A program made the position numbers and the translations under genes. From a virus, in the IMG/VR virus record IMGVR_UViG_3300042332_000818, positions 1 through 64,000 of that record: a stretch of 64,000 nucleotides of DNA; one strand, given 5' to 3'. The notes beneath the pieces are model-generated. The model saw only the letters and a program-made list of their open reading frames with translations, had not been told where the DNA came from and did no database searches. The first letter of the stretch is position 1. Each line of letters opens with the position of its first letter. Of the stretch, positions 37,601 through 45,386 are shown one piece after another.

Positions 37601-39374
37601 GAATAGAGAAACTATTCCTGATGCCGCAACTCTTCCTTCCAATCTTCATAACCTAGACATGAATAGAAGTCTGGTTAATAGTATAGGTTTTGGGATTAGA
37701 TATGGTTACATCTATTTGTTTAGCTCTGGTGTTAAAGACTTTTTTGTAGAGTCTGAGTTTAATACTGCACATAGAGATCATGATGATAGACCTGAAACTC
37801 GTCACTATGATCATAAAGAATACACAAGACTAGAAGATTTATTTGATATTAAGATTATTACTACTGGTAACTACTACAAGTACGATCTTACTCTTAATAT
37901 CTCTAACTTTCCAACTCAAAAGTATACTCACTCTATTCTTCAAGCTCGTTACTACAATCCGGTAACCGCAGAAGATTGTGAGATCTACTATCCCACAAGA
38001 GCTATTTACTCTTTACCCTCTACAAGTAGTACGCAGATTAAAGATCCTTGGAAGGTTTTCTTAACTAATAACGTTTATGATTTTAATAGCCGTGTTGCTA
38101 ATATTAAGATTAACGTTGATGGAACGTTTTTAATTCTGCAGGAGAACCATCCTCCTTTGAGATTCTTAGCTCAGGATACTCTTCAGTTGGATCTTGGTAC
38201 TAAGATCTCTGTGGGTGATGCTGAAGTATTTGAGAGAGCACCACAGGCTTTGCTTGCTGCTGATTCAGGATATGAATATGGTACATGTCAGAGCACGTTT
38301 GGATCAACGTCTACACCTTACGGTGTATTCTGGATGTCATCTAAGCAAGGTAAGATTTTCCAGTATTCTGAAGGATTAAAAGAAATTTCAAGAACCGGTA
38401 TGAAGTGGTGGTTGTCACGTTACATGCCCTTTATGATTCTTGAAGACTTTCCGGATTTTCCGCTTACTGATAATTCTGTAAATGGTGTTGGAACATCGGT
38501 AATCTTTGATAGCACCGAAGAGCTTGTATACTTCAGTAAGAAGGACTACATGCTTCGTCCAGAGTTTAAAGGACAACTTGTGCATGTTAGAGATAATCAA
38601 TTTGCTCTTGCTAATAACCGCCTTGTAACAATTACTCTGCAGGATCCAAATTATTTTGCTGAAGCTTCTTGGACTTTGAGTTATGACTTGAAGACCAACT
38701 CTTGGGTATCTCTACATGACTGGCATCCGAATCTTATGATTCCTTCACAGTCACACTTCTTCTCAATTAAGGATGACAAACTGTGGTTGCATAATGATAC
38801 TTGTCAAAGCTTCTGTAACTACTACGGAGCGGATTACCCATTTGAAGTAGAGATTCTATCTAATACAGGGGTAACGGTAACCACACTTCGTAGTGTAGAA
38901 TACCAAGTAGAAGCTTATCAATACAGAGAGAACTGTTCTGACGCACACCATGTGTTAGACTTCAATTTCGATAGAGCTGTTGTGCATAACTCTGAACAGG
39001 TTTCTGGTATGCTAAAACTGAATCTTACTCCTAAGAATAACTCTGCTGCAATTCTTACTTACCCTAGAATAAACGTTTCTGATATTGATATTCTTTACAG
39101 TAAGGAAGAGAATAAGTATAGATTCAATCAGTTCTGGGATATTACCCGTGACCGTGGTGAGTTTAGCACTGTACGTAGAACTATTTGGAATACTGAACCC
39201 AATGGTTATATCAGAAATCTTAATACTGTAAACCTAGACTATACTAAGGATCCGCATCAGCGTAAGAAGTTTAGACACTATCATAACCACATTATGTTTA
39301 GAAAGAACTTTAGTGGTAACAATCATATTCTTTTGAACCTAGCTACTGTTAAAGTACAATACTCACCACGATGA
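34671..39374 (+). CDS. Muzzle / tail stabilisation protein
   Basis: 1567 aa, beta-propeller-like, with F.KGM.KD start, GYMRDEQYAF and WTLSYD....WVSLHDW.P motifs typical of the crAss-like stabilisation protein. Confidence 0.8.
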   Translation: MAKQNQEGTSPIAFNKGMVKDNADLFHPDGSWSHARNAVNSSFQGDVGVLSNEPSNKFCAQAPYTVIGTIHITDDEWVIFSTDNNNSEIGYFKEATCTYTKIVNAPCLAFDKNHLITGASRENFDCSRQIYWDDGKNPSRTLNINNPPYITTRTVVNDCVVNTPTDELNCEALRLAPLFKVPCISMGRGDNAGTLYNGSYQAAIAYSINGQRVTDYIALSNVVSLFDHDNANGSLEIKITGLETEAFEEYELVIISNTKTLQADAKILGYYSTNQNIISIDNVAISLVTVELSRIPILNSVYEKSDAMFPTGDYLIRTGVYERFNFNYQPQANKIKSRWVAVEYPADYYLNGSNRGYMRDEQYAFFIRWVYNTGERSLAYHIPGRAALSSDLENVVGNDVIYSNKSKRWQNYNTATITSAQTELLSDGGKIIGRGEMGYWESTERYPDNKPERWAELCGKPIRHHKFPDDGLIPRHNVDGTKIVVLGVDFTNITVPVDNDGNRIDSIVGYEILRGSRLGNKTILAKGLINNMGTYQLPGEREADDQTILFTNYPFNDLRKDPFLSTNFVKGGTALNNLQVAELDTYKDNKRYFSFHSPEFGFNKTFLSATELKVYGEAYGKTKGKFIEPSEHPKHVIIRNLTALVSLLLGLGKLDKHLRGQRTFTLPNVPSIIRGGLLPPSAGTLDRWATTLGTLLDPSGAAQWASLGFLTQDIESSDLNDLPQPLRAAAAIPAIIRGLTEGTNDYLDKFYDFLQYRQHALQHVAYGFYNQFKKAPVGNTRRLISESAYVYPQLQQFENRISVNNLYRSRTVVFKTGSDLQHPTIVDDSRYTVGQSRSWKNPFDEKVRNISSHYGAMKIDYENQYGQIDSTIILPTGCRFVIPGFVQNGQKFTSPLVFGGDIYINRYTEKNTMFFFNNWMTDQPDGTVFDYTKYINVPFPTYWMNTERWELEEFFTGIGDNISNWVSGLFSSSIAQQNRETIPDAATLPSNLHNLDMNRSLVNSIGFGIRYGYIYLFSSGVKDFFVESEFNTAHRDHDDRPETRHYDHKEYTRLEDLFDIKIITTGNYYKYDLTLNISNFPTQKYTHSILQARYYNPVTAEDCEIYYPTRAIYSLPSTSSTQIKDPWKVFLTNNVYDFNSRVANIKINVDGTFLILQENHPPLRFLAQDTLQLDLGTKISVGDAEVFERAPQALLAADSGYEYGTCQSTFGSTSTPYGVFWMSSKQGKIFQYSEGLKEISRTGMKWWLSRYMPFMILEDFPDFPLTDNSVNGVGTSVIFDSTEELVYFSKKDYMLRPEFKGQLVHVRDNQFALANNRLVTITLQDPNYFAEASWTLSYDLKTNSWVSLHDWHPNLMIPSQSHFFSIKDDKLWLHNDTCQSFCNYYGADYPFEVEILSNTGVTVTTLRSVEYQVEAYQYRENCSDAHHVLDFNFDRAVVHNSEQVSGMLKLNLTPKNNSAAILTYPRINVSDIDILYSKEENKYRFNQFWDITRDRGEFSTVRRTIWNTEPNGYIRNLNTVNLDYTKDPHQRKKFRHYHNHIMFRKNFSGNNHILLNLATVKVQYSPR

Positions 39375-41113
39375 AGAAGTCAAAGCTTGGATATAAGAGA
39401 TATTCTCCGGATGTAAAGAAGCCGTATAATGTCATTCCTTCTGGTAGAATTACTATGAAGGATGTAGACTTTCCGGTATATGGAGTAGATAATATTGGCT
39501 ATGCTCAGGTAATGTATCCTGGAGGAGAATATCAATTTCCTGGTAATCAGGTATTTGAAGTACCTATGGCTCAAGTTGGTGCCCAAGTACCGCAACCTTT
39601 TATTCGTCCTGACTTTTTTACACCTGCACAAATACGCCAAGCAAAGATTGATCTAGCTCAAAATAAAAAACCTTTAACTACTGAAGGTAGAATTAATGAG
39701 ATGTTAGGTGATCCAAAAAGTAGAGCTGCTGATCTTTCACAAAAAGTTGCACCTAAAGGTGAAGGCCCGGTAGACAATATTAGACATACTGTTGCTGGTA
39801 TGTATACTGCTGATGCTATTGCTAATAAGTTAGCACCGTATCCAATGGGTCCTACAACAATTCCAGCAAAAGCATTAGGTTTTGTAGGTTCAAATCTTGC
39901 AGGACTTGCACATGAAGTAAAAGCATTTGTGCCAAGTTTGGAAGGTGACTATAGAAATATTCCTGCTGTTGCTAGGATGAGTGCTGAAGACATGATTAAC
40001 AACTTTGTTGGATCAGCACTTTCTCTTAATCCGTTTATGACTGAAAAAGAAAAAGAAGATTTTATTGTAAAGATGTCTTATGAAAATTATCTTCCAGATG
40101 GTTATGTACAAATAGATCCTAAGCATTCTAAAGATTTATATTTTAAAAAACAATATGGTGGTGATTTAGAGGAGTTTGGATCTGGTGGTTTAAAGCAATG
40201 GTTTGCTGAGAAGTGGGTTGATGTAAAGACCGGCAAAGAATGCGGACGTTCTGGTAAAGACAAAGACGGTAGACCGTATCCTGCATGCAGACCAAGTAGA
40301 AGAGTAAACTCTACTACACCTAAGACTACTTCTGAAATGTCATCTGCTGAGAAAGCTAAGTTTAAAAGTGTAAAGACTTCAGGACAAAGAATTAATTATA
40401 ATCATAAGAGAGCTCAACAAGGGGGACAACTATCTGCATCTGCTAGATATCAAACGGGTGGTTTTATGATACCAGAAGGATTATCACCAGCATTCTTTAC
40501 TGGTATGAAAGATGCAGTAGTGGATGCTTTTAAATCTTTTATGGCTTCTCCGGATGAACCAGTGGCTAAACCTAAACCTACAGACTGGAGAAAACTTTCT
40601 AGACCTGAGCAGATTGATTATGGTATCAATCAGATCGTTGCCCTAGAAGATCCTAAGAATAGAAAAGCTGTTGAGAATCTATTACAGGCTACTGCTTATA
40701 TGGAGAATACATATGGTACAAATCCAAAAGCTTACGGTAGAAACTATACATCTTCATTCATGTCTATTGATCCTATTGCCTTAACTGATATGTTTACAGG
40801 TAGAGGTAATCAGGGTGCTTATAATGCTGCACAGCAAAGACAGTTTGAAAACTTTAAGAGATTGAATCTTCCCACAGATAAGAACAAGTTTAATCAACTT
40901 CTTAGAGAAGATAATCCTGTTGCTGCAATGGCTGCAGCTAGATATAGATATGCTTTGTCACCACAAGCATTACCGGATCCAAATAACTCACGTCAGTTAT
41001 TTGACTATTGGTTGAAGAACTATAATGGTAATGGGGTATTGAAGTACAAATCAAGAGAAGAAGCATTCAAAGATTTTCAAAAGGCTTACCAAAAAGCTAT
41101 TAGTAACGATTAA
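39371..41113 (+). CDS. Mosaic cargo protein with GG-delimited modules and a C-terminal lysozyme-like domain
   Basis: 580 aa; modules are separated by KQYGG, FGSGG, AQQGG and YQTGG. Confidence 0.65.
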   Translation: MKKSKLGYKRYSPDVKKPYNVIPSGRITMKDVDFPVYGVDNIGYAQVMYPGGEYQFPGNQVFEVPMAQVGAQVPQPFIRPDFFTPAQIRQAKIDLAQNKKPLTTEGRINEMLGDPKSRAADLSQKVAPKGEGPVDNIRHTVAGMYTADAIANKLAPYPMGPTTIPAKALGFVGSNLAGLAHEVKAFVPSLEGDYRNIPAVARMSAEDMINNFVGSALSLNPFMTEKEKEDFIVKMSYENYLPDGYVQIDPKHSKDLYFKKQYGGDLEEFGSGGLKQWFAEKWVDVKTGKECGRSGKDKDGRPYPACRPSRRVNSTTPKTTSEMSSAEKAKFKSVKTSGQRINYNHKRAQQGGQLSASARYQTGGFMIPEGLSPAFFTGMKDAVVDAFKSFMASPDEPVAKPKPTDWRKLSRPEQIDYGINQIVALEDPKNRKAVENLLQATAYMENTYGTNPKAYGRNYTSSFMSIDPIALTDMFTGRGNQGAYNAAQQRQFENFKRLNLPTDKNKFNQLLREDNPVAAMAAARYRYALSPQALPDPNNSRQLFDYWLKNYNGNGVLKYKSREEAFKDFQKAYQKAISND

Positions 41114-41115
41114 CA

Positions 41116-41152
41116 TTTGGAAATCTCCCATAAAATAACGAAATTATATAGA
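41116..41152 (+). promoter_or_regulatory. Possible promoter (variant box)
   Basis: TAACATTTG also precedes the 28625 promoter; followed about 20 nt later by CGAAATTATA. Confidence 0.35.
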
Positions 41153-41171
41153 GGACTTATTGTATTTTATC

Positions 41172-43067
41172 ATGGCTAATAAACCTACTAACCCCGCACT
41201 CTACTCTAGAGTTAAAGCAGAAGCAAAAAGAAAATTTGACCGTTGGCCTAGTGCTTACGGTTCAGCTTGGCTTGTAAAAGAATACAAGCGTAGGGGTGGT
41301 GGCTACCGTAAAGCAGAAGACGGTATGGAAGTACAAGACTCAGTTAACCAAATGATGGCAGACTTGAGCATGATGGCTAATGGTGGTATCATGTATGGTG
41401 ACTATAAGTTTCCAATGATGGATGAAGGTGGTGAAATGGCATTAGGTCAGATTGCTGCTGTTACTGATAAGATGTCTAAGCTTCAACAGTTTCTTAATCC
41501 AAACTCAGATGTTGAACCGTGGGTAGCGTCTAAGCTTGCTGTAATGGATGATAGTGCTGGTGCTATTTATGATTACATGATGTATAATCCTGAAGCTCAA
41601 GAGTCAGAAGAAGAAATGGAAGAAATGCGTAATGGTGGTATACCACAACGCTACAAGAATCAAGGTTTTACTAGAGTTGGTGCTAAGAGACAGTCTACTC
41701 GTCCTGGTAAGAAATGGATGGTGCTTGCTAAGAAAGGTGATAAGTACAAAGTAGTACACGGTGGCTACAAGGGTATGAGTGATTACACCCAACACAGAAA
41801 TAAGAACAGACAAAAGAGATTCTGGGATAGAATGGGTGGACGTAACTCAGCAAAGGCTACTGATCCGTTTAGTCCTCTTTACTGGCACAAGCGCTTTGGT
41901 ACTTGGGCAGAAGGTGGTGAACCACAGAATGAAGGATTCCAAGCATTACCGAAAGAAGTACAAGCTAAGATCATGGCTAACATGATGTATGGTGGTGATA
42001 TGTATGCTACTGGTGGTATGCCTTGCTATGAGTGTGGTGGTGCTACAATGAAAAAAGGTGGTACGCCATTTATTGCAATGGCTTACTTTAAGGATGGCGG
42101 TATTGAACTAGATCCTGCTAAGAAGGGCACTTTTAAAGCACAGGCTACACGTATGGGTCTTAGTGTACAGGAAGCTGCCAAAAAGATTTTGGATGCACCA
42201 GAGGGCAAGTATTCACCTGAGATGAGACGTAAAGCAAACTTTGCTAGAAACTTTGCTAAAGCTTACGGTGGTATGATGGAATACCAAATGGGTGGTTCTG
42301 GGATGGGTAACATGTATTTAGATGAAATGGCCTTTGATTCTGGAATGGCTGGGTTATCTGATGCACCACTTAGTCCAGATATTGCTGGAATGAGAGAATA
42401 CTCTCTTGATCAGCAAGCAGCTCCTGCTGGATTTGTTTCAGATATTCCTGCACCAGCTAGAAGAGGTGCTGGATCAGGTATGGGTCAAATGGCCTTAGAT
42501 GAGTTTGCTTTTAATCAAGCTATGACATCTATGGAAGACGCATCTCAGCAAGAACCAGAATTGGATTTTTCTGCATTTGAAAACATGGAACCTCAAATGG
42601 AGATTTCAAGTGATGAAAAGGTTGAGTTCATTCCCGGTAGAAGTAAGAACATGTATGCCACTAAAAACTTTGTAGCAGGACTTAAAGGACCTAAAGGAGA
42701 ATCTAATCCTTTTATTGCTGGTAATATTGGCAATAAGTCATTCATGGTACAAGCAAGTGACTTTGCTAAACCCGCAGCAATTGCTAGTGGTATACTTGAT
42801 GCTGGTGCATGGCTTGGTAGAAATAGAAAAGAGCGTCAGGCTGCAAGAGAGATTCAACGCCAATCATTTACAGATAATCTTTATCAAGCTGCTCCCATGG
42901 GAATAACAGGTGAAAGAGGTAATTATGATGTTTTTGGTAACTTTAGACCAGACGAAACAATATCTTCAAGAACTTACTACACTCAAATGGGTGGTGAGAT
43001 TGAAATGACTGAAGACCAAATTAGACAACTTGTAGCTCTTGGAGCTGAAATTGAAATCCTTGACTAA
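41172..43067 (+). CDS. Mosaic polyprotein of small modules separated by about 12 xxxGG motifs
   Basis: ATG at 41172 preferred over TTG at 41160. Motifs MANGG, MDEGG, MRNGG, WAEGG, MMYGG, YATGG, YECGG, MKKGG, FKDGG, KAYGG, YQMGG, TQMGG. Confidence 0.7.
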   Translation: MANKPTNPALYSRVKAEAKRKFDRWPSAYGSAWLVKEYKRRGGGYRKAEDGMEVQDSVNQMMADLSMMANGGIMYGDYKFPMMDEGGEMALGQIAAVTDKMSKLQQFLNPNSDVEPWVASKLAVMDDSAGAIYDYMMYNPEAQESEEEMEEMRNGGIPQRYKNQGFTRVGAKRQSTRPGKKWMVLAKKGDKYKVVHGGYKGMSDYTQHRNKNRQKRFWDRMGGRNSAKATDPFSPLYWHKRFGTWAEGGEPQNEGFQALPKEVQAKIMANMMYGGDMYATGGMPCYECGGATMKKGGTPFIAMAYFKDGGIELDPAKKGTFKAQATRMGLSVQEAAKKILDAPEGKYSPEMRRKANFARNFAKAYGGMMEYQMGGSGMGNMYLDEMAFDSGMAGLSDAPLSPDIAGMREYSLDQQAAPAGFVSDIPAPARRGAGSGMGQMALDEFAFNQAMTSMEDASQQEPELDFSAFENMEPQMEISSDEKVEFIPGRSKNMYATKNFVAGLKGPKGESNPFIAGNIGNKSFMVQASDFAKPAAIASGILDAGAWLGRNRKERQAAREIQRQSFTDNLYQAAPMGITGERGNYDVFGNFRPDETISSRTYYTQMGGEIEMTEDQIRQLVALGAEIEILD

Positions 43068-45310
43068 TGAAAAGAAAAGTAAGAATCAAGAGCTTGCCGA
43101 AAGGGTATCACATGATGCCTGATGGTACTGTTATGAAAGACAGTGCTCACATGGCAGAAGGTGGATCAGTTAATAAAAGTCTTTCACCTGTTTCTAGAGG
43201 TATGGCAAATCTTGAAGCTGAAAAGGGTGAGATTGCTATGACTGATCTTGGCAGCACCGGTCAGATGGGTTTATATGAGATTGGTGGTCAGCGTCATTCT
43301 AATGGTGGCACACCTCTTAATCTTGATCCAGGATCTTTTATCTATTCTGATACAAGAAAGATGAAGATTAAGGATCCAGATTTTCTTGCCAAGTATGGAA
43401 AAAGTAATCCTACTACACCTGCCAAGCTTGTAAAGCCTTTTCTTAAGTTAAACGATTTTACTGATTCTTTATACGATCAAAATGCAGATCCTATTCAAAA
43501 GAGAACTGCACAAGCTATGATTGATAAGTATAAGGGTAAAGCCGGTGAGATTGCATTCTATCAAGAAGCAATGAAAGGATTTCCACAAGGTATCCCTGCA
43601 GTAGCTGCTGATTATGCTGAAGGTATTATGGGTGCTCCTATGGCTGCTTATGGTGGTTATATCCCTAAAGCACAAGATGGCAAAGAGTCAAGAAGTGATA
43701 AATTTTCTGCCATTAACCCTACTGTATTAAAAGTAATGCAGCAGCGTGGACTAAAACCTCTAGCTGGTGAGGCAGATTATTCAGATCCTAATAGAATTGA
43801 TTATTCTAGAGTTCAAGATTTTGTTCCCGGATATTCAGGTGTATATGAAGATGCTGAAAAGAATTTTCCTTCTTGGGTAAAACGTATGGAGGGTCTTGGT
43901 TATAATTTTTCTGACTGGAAAGATGCTCAAGGTAATTTTGATTTGAAGTCTTTAAAAAGTAAAGATCCAAGAGTTAAAGCTTACCAAGAATGGTGGAACC
44001 CCAGAGTTGAGCAGTTTATTCAAGAGGATGAGCAAAAAAGAAGTAATGCTGGATATGAGCCTCTTACTGAGCAAGAAAAGAATGATCTGAGAACTTTGAA
44101 ATTTTCAGAGGAGAATGCTGCTAATGCACAACCAGGAAGCAGAATAGATAGTAGACTGGGAACGTATACAACTAATAGATTCCTACCTGAAGGTGAATAT
44201 GAAGTACAACGTGGTACTGTTTACTTTTGTGTAGATGGTCAGGTAATGGGTCAAAGTGTTAGACCTGGTACACAAGCTGAAGCACCAAGTGGAAACGATG
44301 TAAAAGGTCCATTTACTTCTCAAGAAGAAGCTAATCAGGTTTGTTCTAGTAAGTCGGAGACTTCTGATTCTTCTGAATCTCCAACACCTGAACAGGAAAG
44401 AGTACTCAGACCGTTTAAGGCTGATGTTAGAAACCTAGAAGCTCTTAGACGTAATAGAGCTTCTGAAAGAAGGAGATACCCCTGGGCTCCTCAGTTGCCT
44501 TTAGATTTAATGGATGCTGTATATCCTGATGATACCCGTCAGCAACAGCAGATTGCTGGACGTGCTAAAGGTTCAATGGACGCATTAGGTGCATTTGCTG
44601 GACCTTCTAGACAGTTGTCTTCGGCTTCATTAATTTCTGGACAAGCTGCTGAGCAAGCAGCCAATGTTGCATCTACAATGGGTAACCAAATTATAGGTAT
44701 TGGTAATCAAGCTGCACAAGTAAATCAAAGAGTAAAGGCTGATAATGATAGAGCCAATTCACTACTTCGTAAAAGTGTTTATGATGACACTATAAAGACT
44801 GAAGAAGTATTTGATGAAAAGATGAGAAGATATAGAGTAAATGATGCTCTTCTTGCTAATCGTCTAGAAGATAATATGTATCGTGCTGATACATATAACA
44901 AGATGAATCCCTTGTATCAGATTACACCTGCTAAAGGTGAGTACTATAATACCGGAAACATTCAGTTTATGCCGGGTGTGTCTGCTGCAATGTTTGACTA
45001 TGAGAATTATACTCCGCAAAATCAGGGTGCAGAGAATGCTCGTAAAGCTAATTATGAAACTTTCATAAAAGATCCAAATCTTACACCTGAAGATAGAAGT
45101 GAGCTTACTAAACAATATTACTCTAGTTTACTTGGAGGAGGCTCTGGAAGTAGTCAGAGTACTGGAACCCGTTCAAGAAAAAGAAGAGATGATGAATTGG
45201 CTGCTCTTGATCAGTTAAGACAAAGACAACAACTTGCGGAAATGTACGGAGTAGATCCCCGAATTGTAAGCCCTGGTGGATATTATGATCCAAACTCTTT
45301 TGGTATTTAA
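43067..45310 (+). CDS. Cargo (internal virion) protein
   Basis: 747 aa with ANLEAEKGE, G.RHSNGG..L and FIYSD motifs typical of crAss cargo proteins; Q/A/N-rich helical C-terminal part. Confidence 0.65.
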   Translation: MKRKVRIKSLPKGYHMMPDGTVMKDSAHMAEGGSVNKSLSPVSRGMANLEAEKGEIAMTDLGSTGQMGLYEIGGQRHSNGGTPLNLDPGSFIYSDTRKMKIKDPDFLAKYGKSNPTTPAKLVKPFLKLNDFTDSLYDQNADPIQKRTAQAMIDKYKGKAGEIAFYQEAMKGFPQGIPAVAADYAEGIMGAPMAAYGGYIPKAQDGKESRSDKFSAINPTVLKVMQQRGLKPLAGEADYSDPNRIDYSRVQDFVPGYSGVYEDAEKNFPSWVKRMEGLGYNFSDWKDAQGNFDLKSLKSKDPRVKAYQEWWNPRVEQFIQEDEQKRSNAGYEPLTEQEKNDLRTLKFSEENAANAQPGSRIDSRLGTYTTNRFLPEGEYEVQRGTVYFCVDGQVMGQSVRPGTQAEAPSGNDVKGPFTSQEEANQVCSSKSETSDSSESPTPEQERVLRPFKADVRNLEALRRNRASERRRYPWAPQLPLDLMDAVYPDDTRQQQQIAGRAKGSMDALGAFAGPSRQLSSASLISGQAAEQAANVASTMGNQIIGIGNQAAQVNQRVKADNDRANSLLRKSVYDDTIKTEEVFDEKMRRYRVNDALLANRLEDNMYRADTYNKMNPLYQITPAKGEYYNTGNIQFMPGVSAAMFDYENYTPQNQGAENARKANYETFIKDPNLTPEDRSELTKQYYSSLLGGGSGSSQSTGTRSRKRRDDELAALDQLRQRQQLAEMYGVDPRIVSPGGYYDPNSFGI

Positions 45311-45320
45311 AAGTAAGATA

Positions 45321-45370
45321 TAAACCTTTAAGGTTTAAAAACTTACAAGATTTTTCCGTATCTTTTACTG
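45321..45370 (+). promoter_or_regulatory. Putative promoter with palindrome upstream of the large cargo/RNAP genes
   Basis: TAAACCTT-T-AAGGTTTA palindrome (45321-45337), then CCGTATCTTT. Confidence 0.5.
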
Positions 45371-45386
45371 TAGATCTACATCAAAT

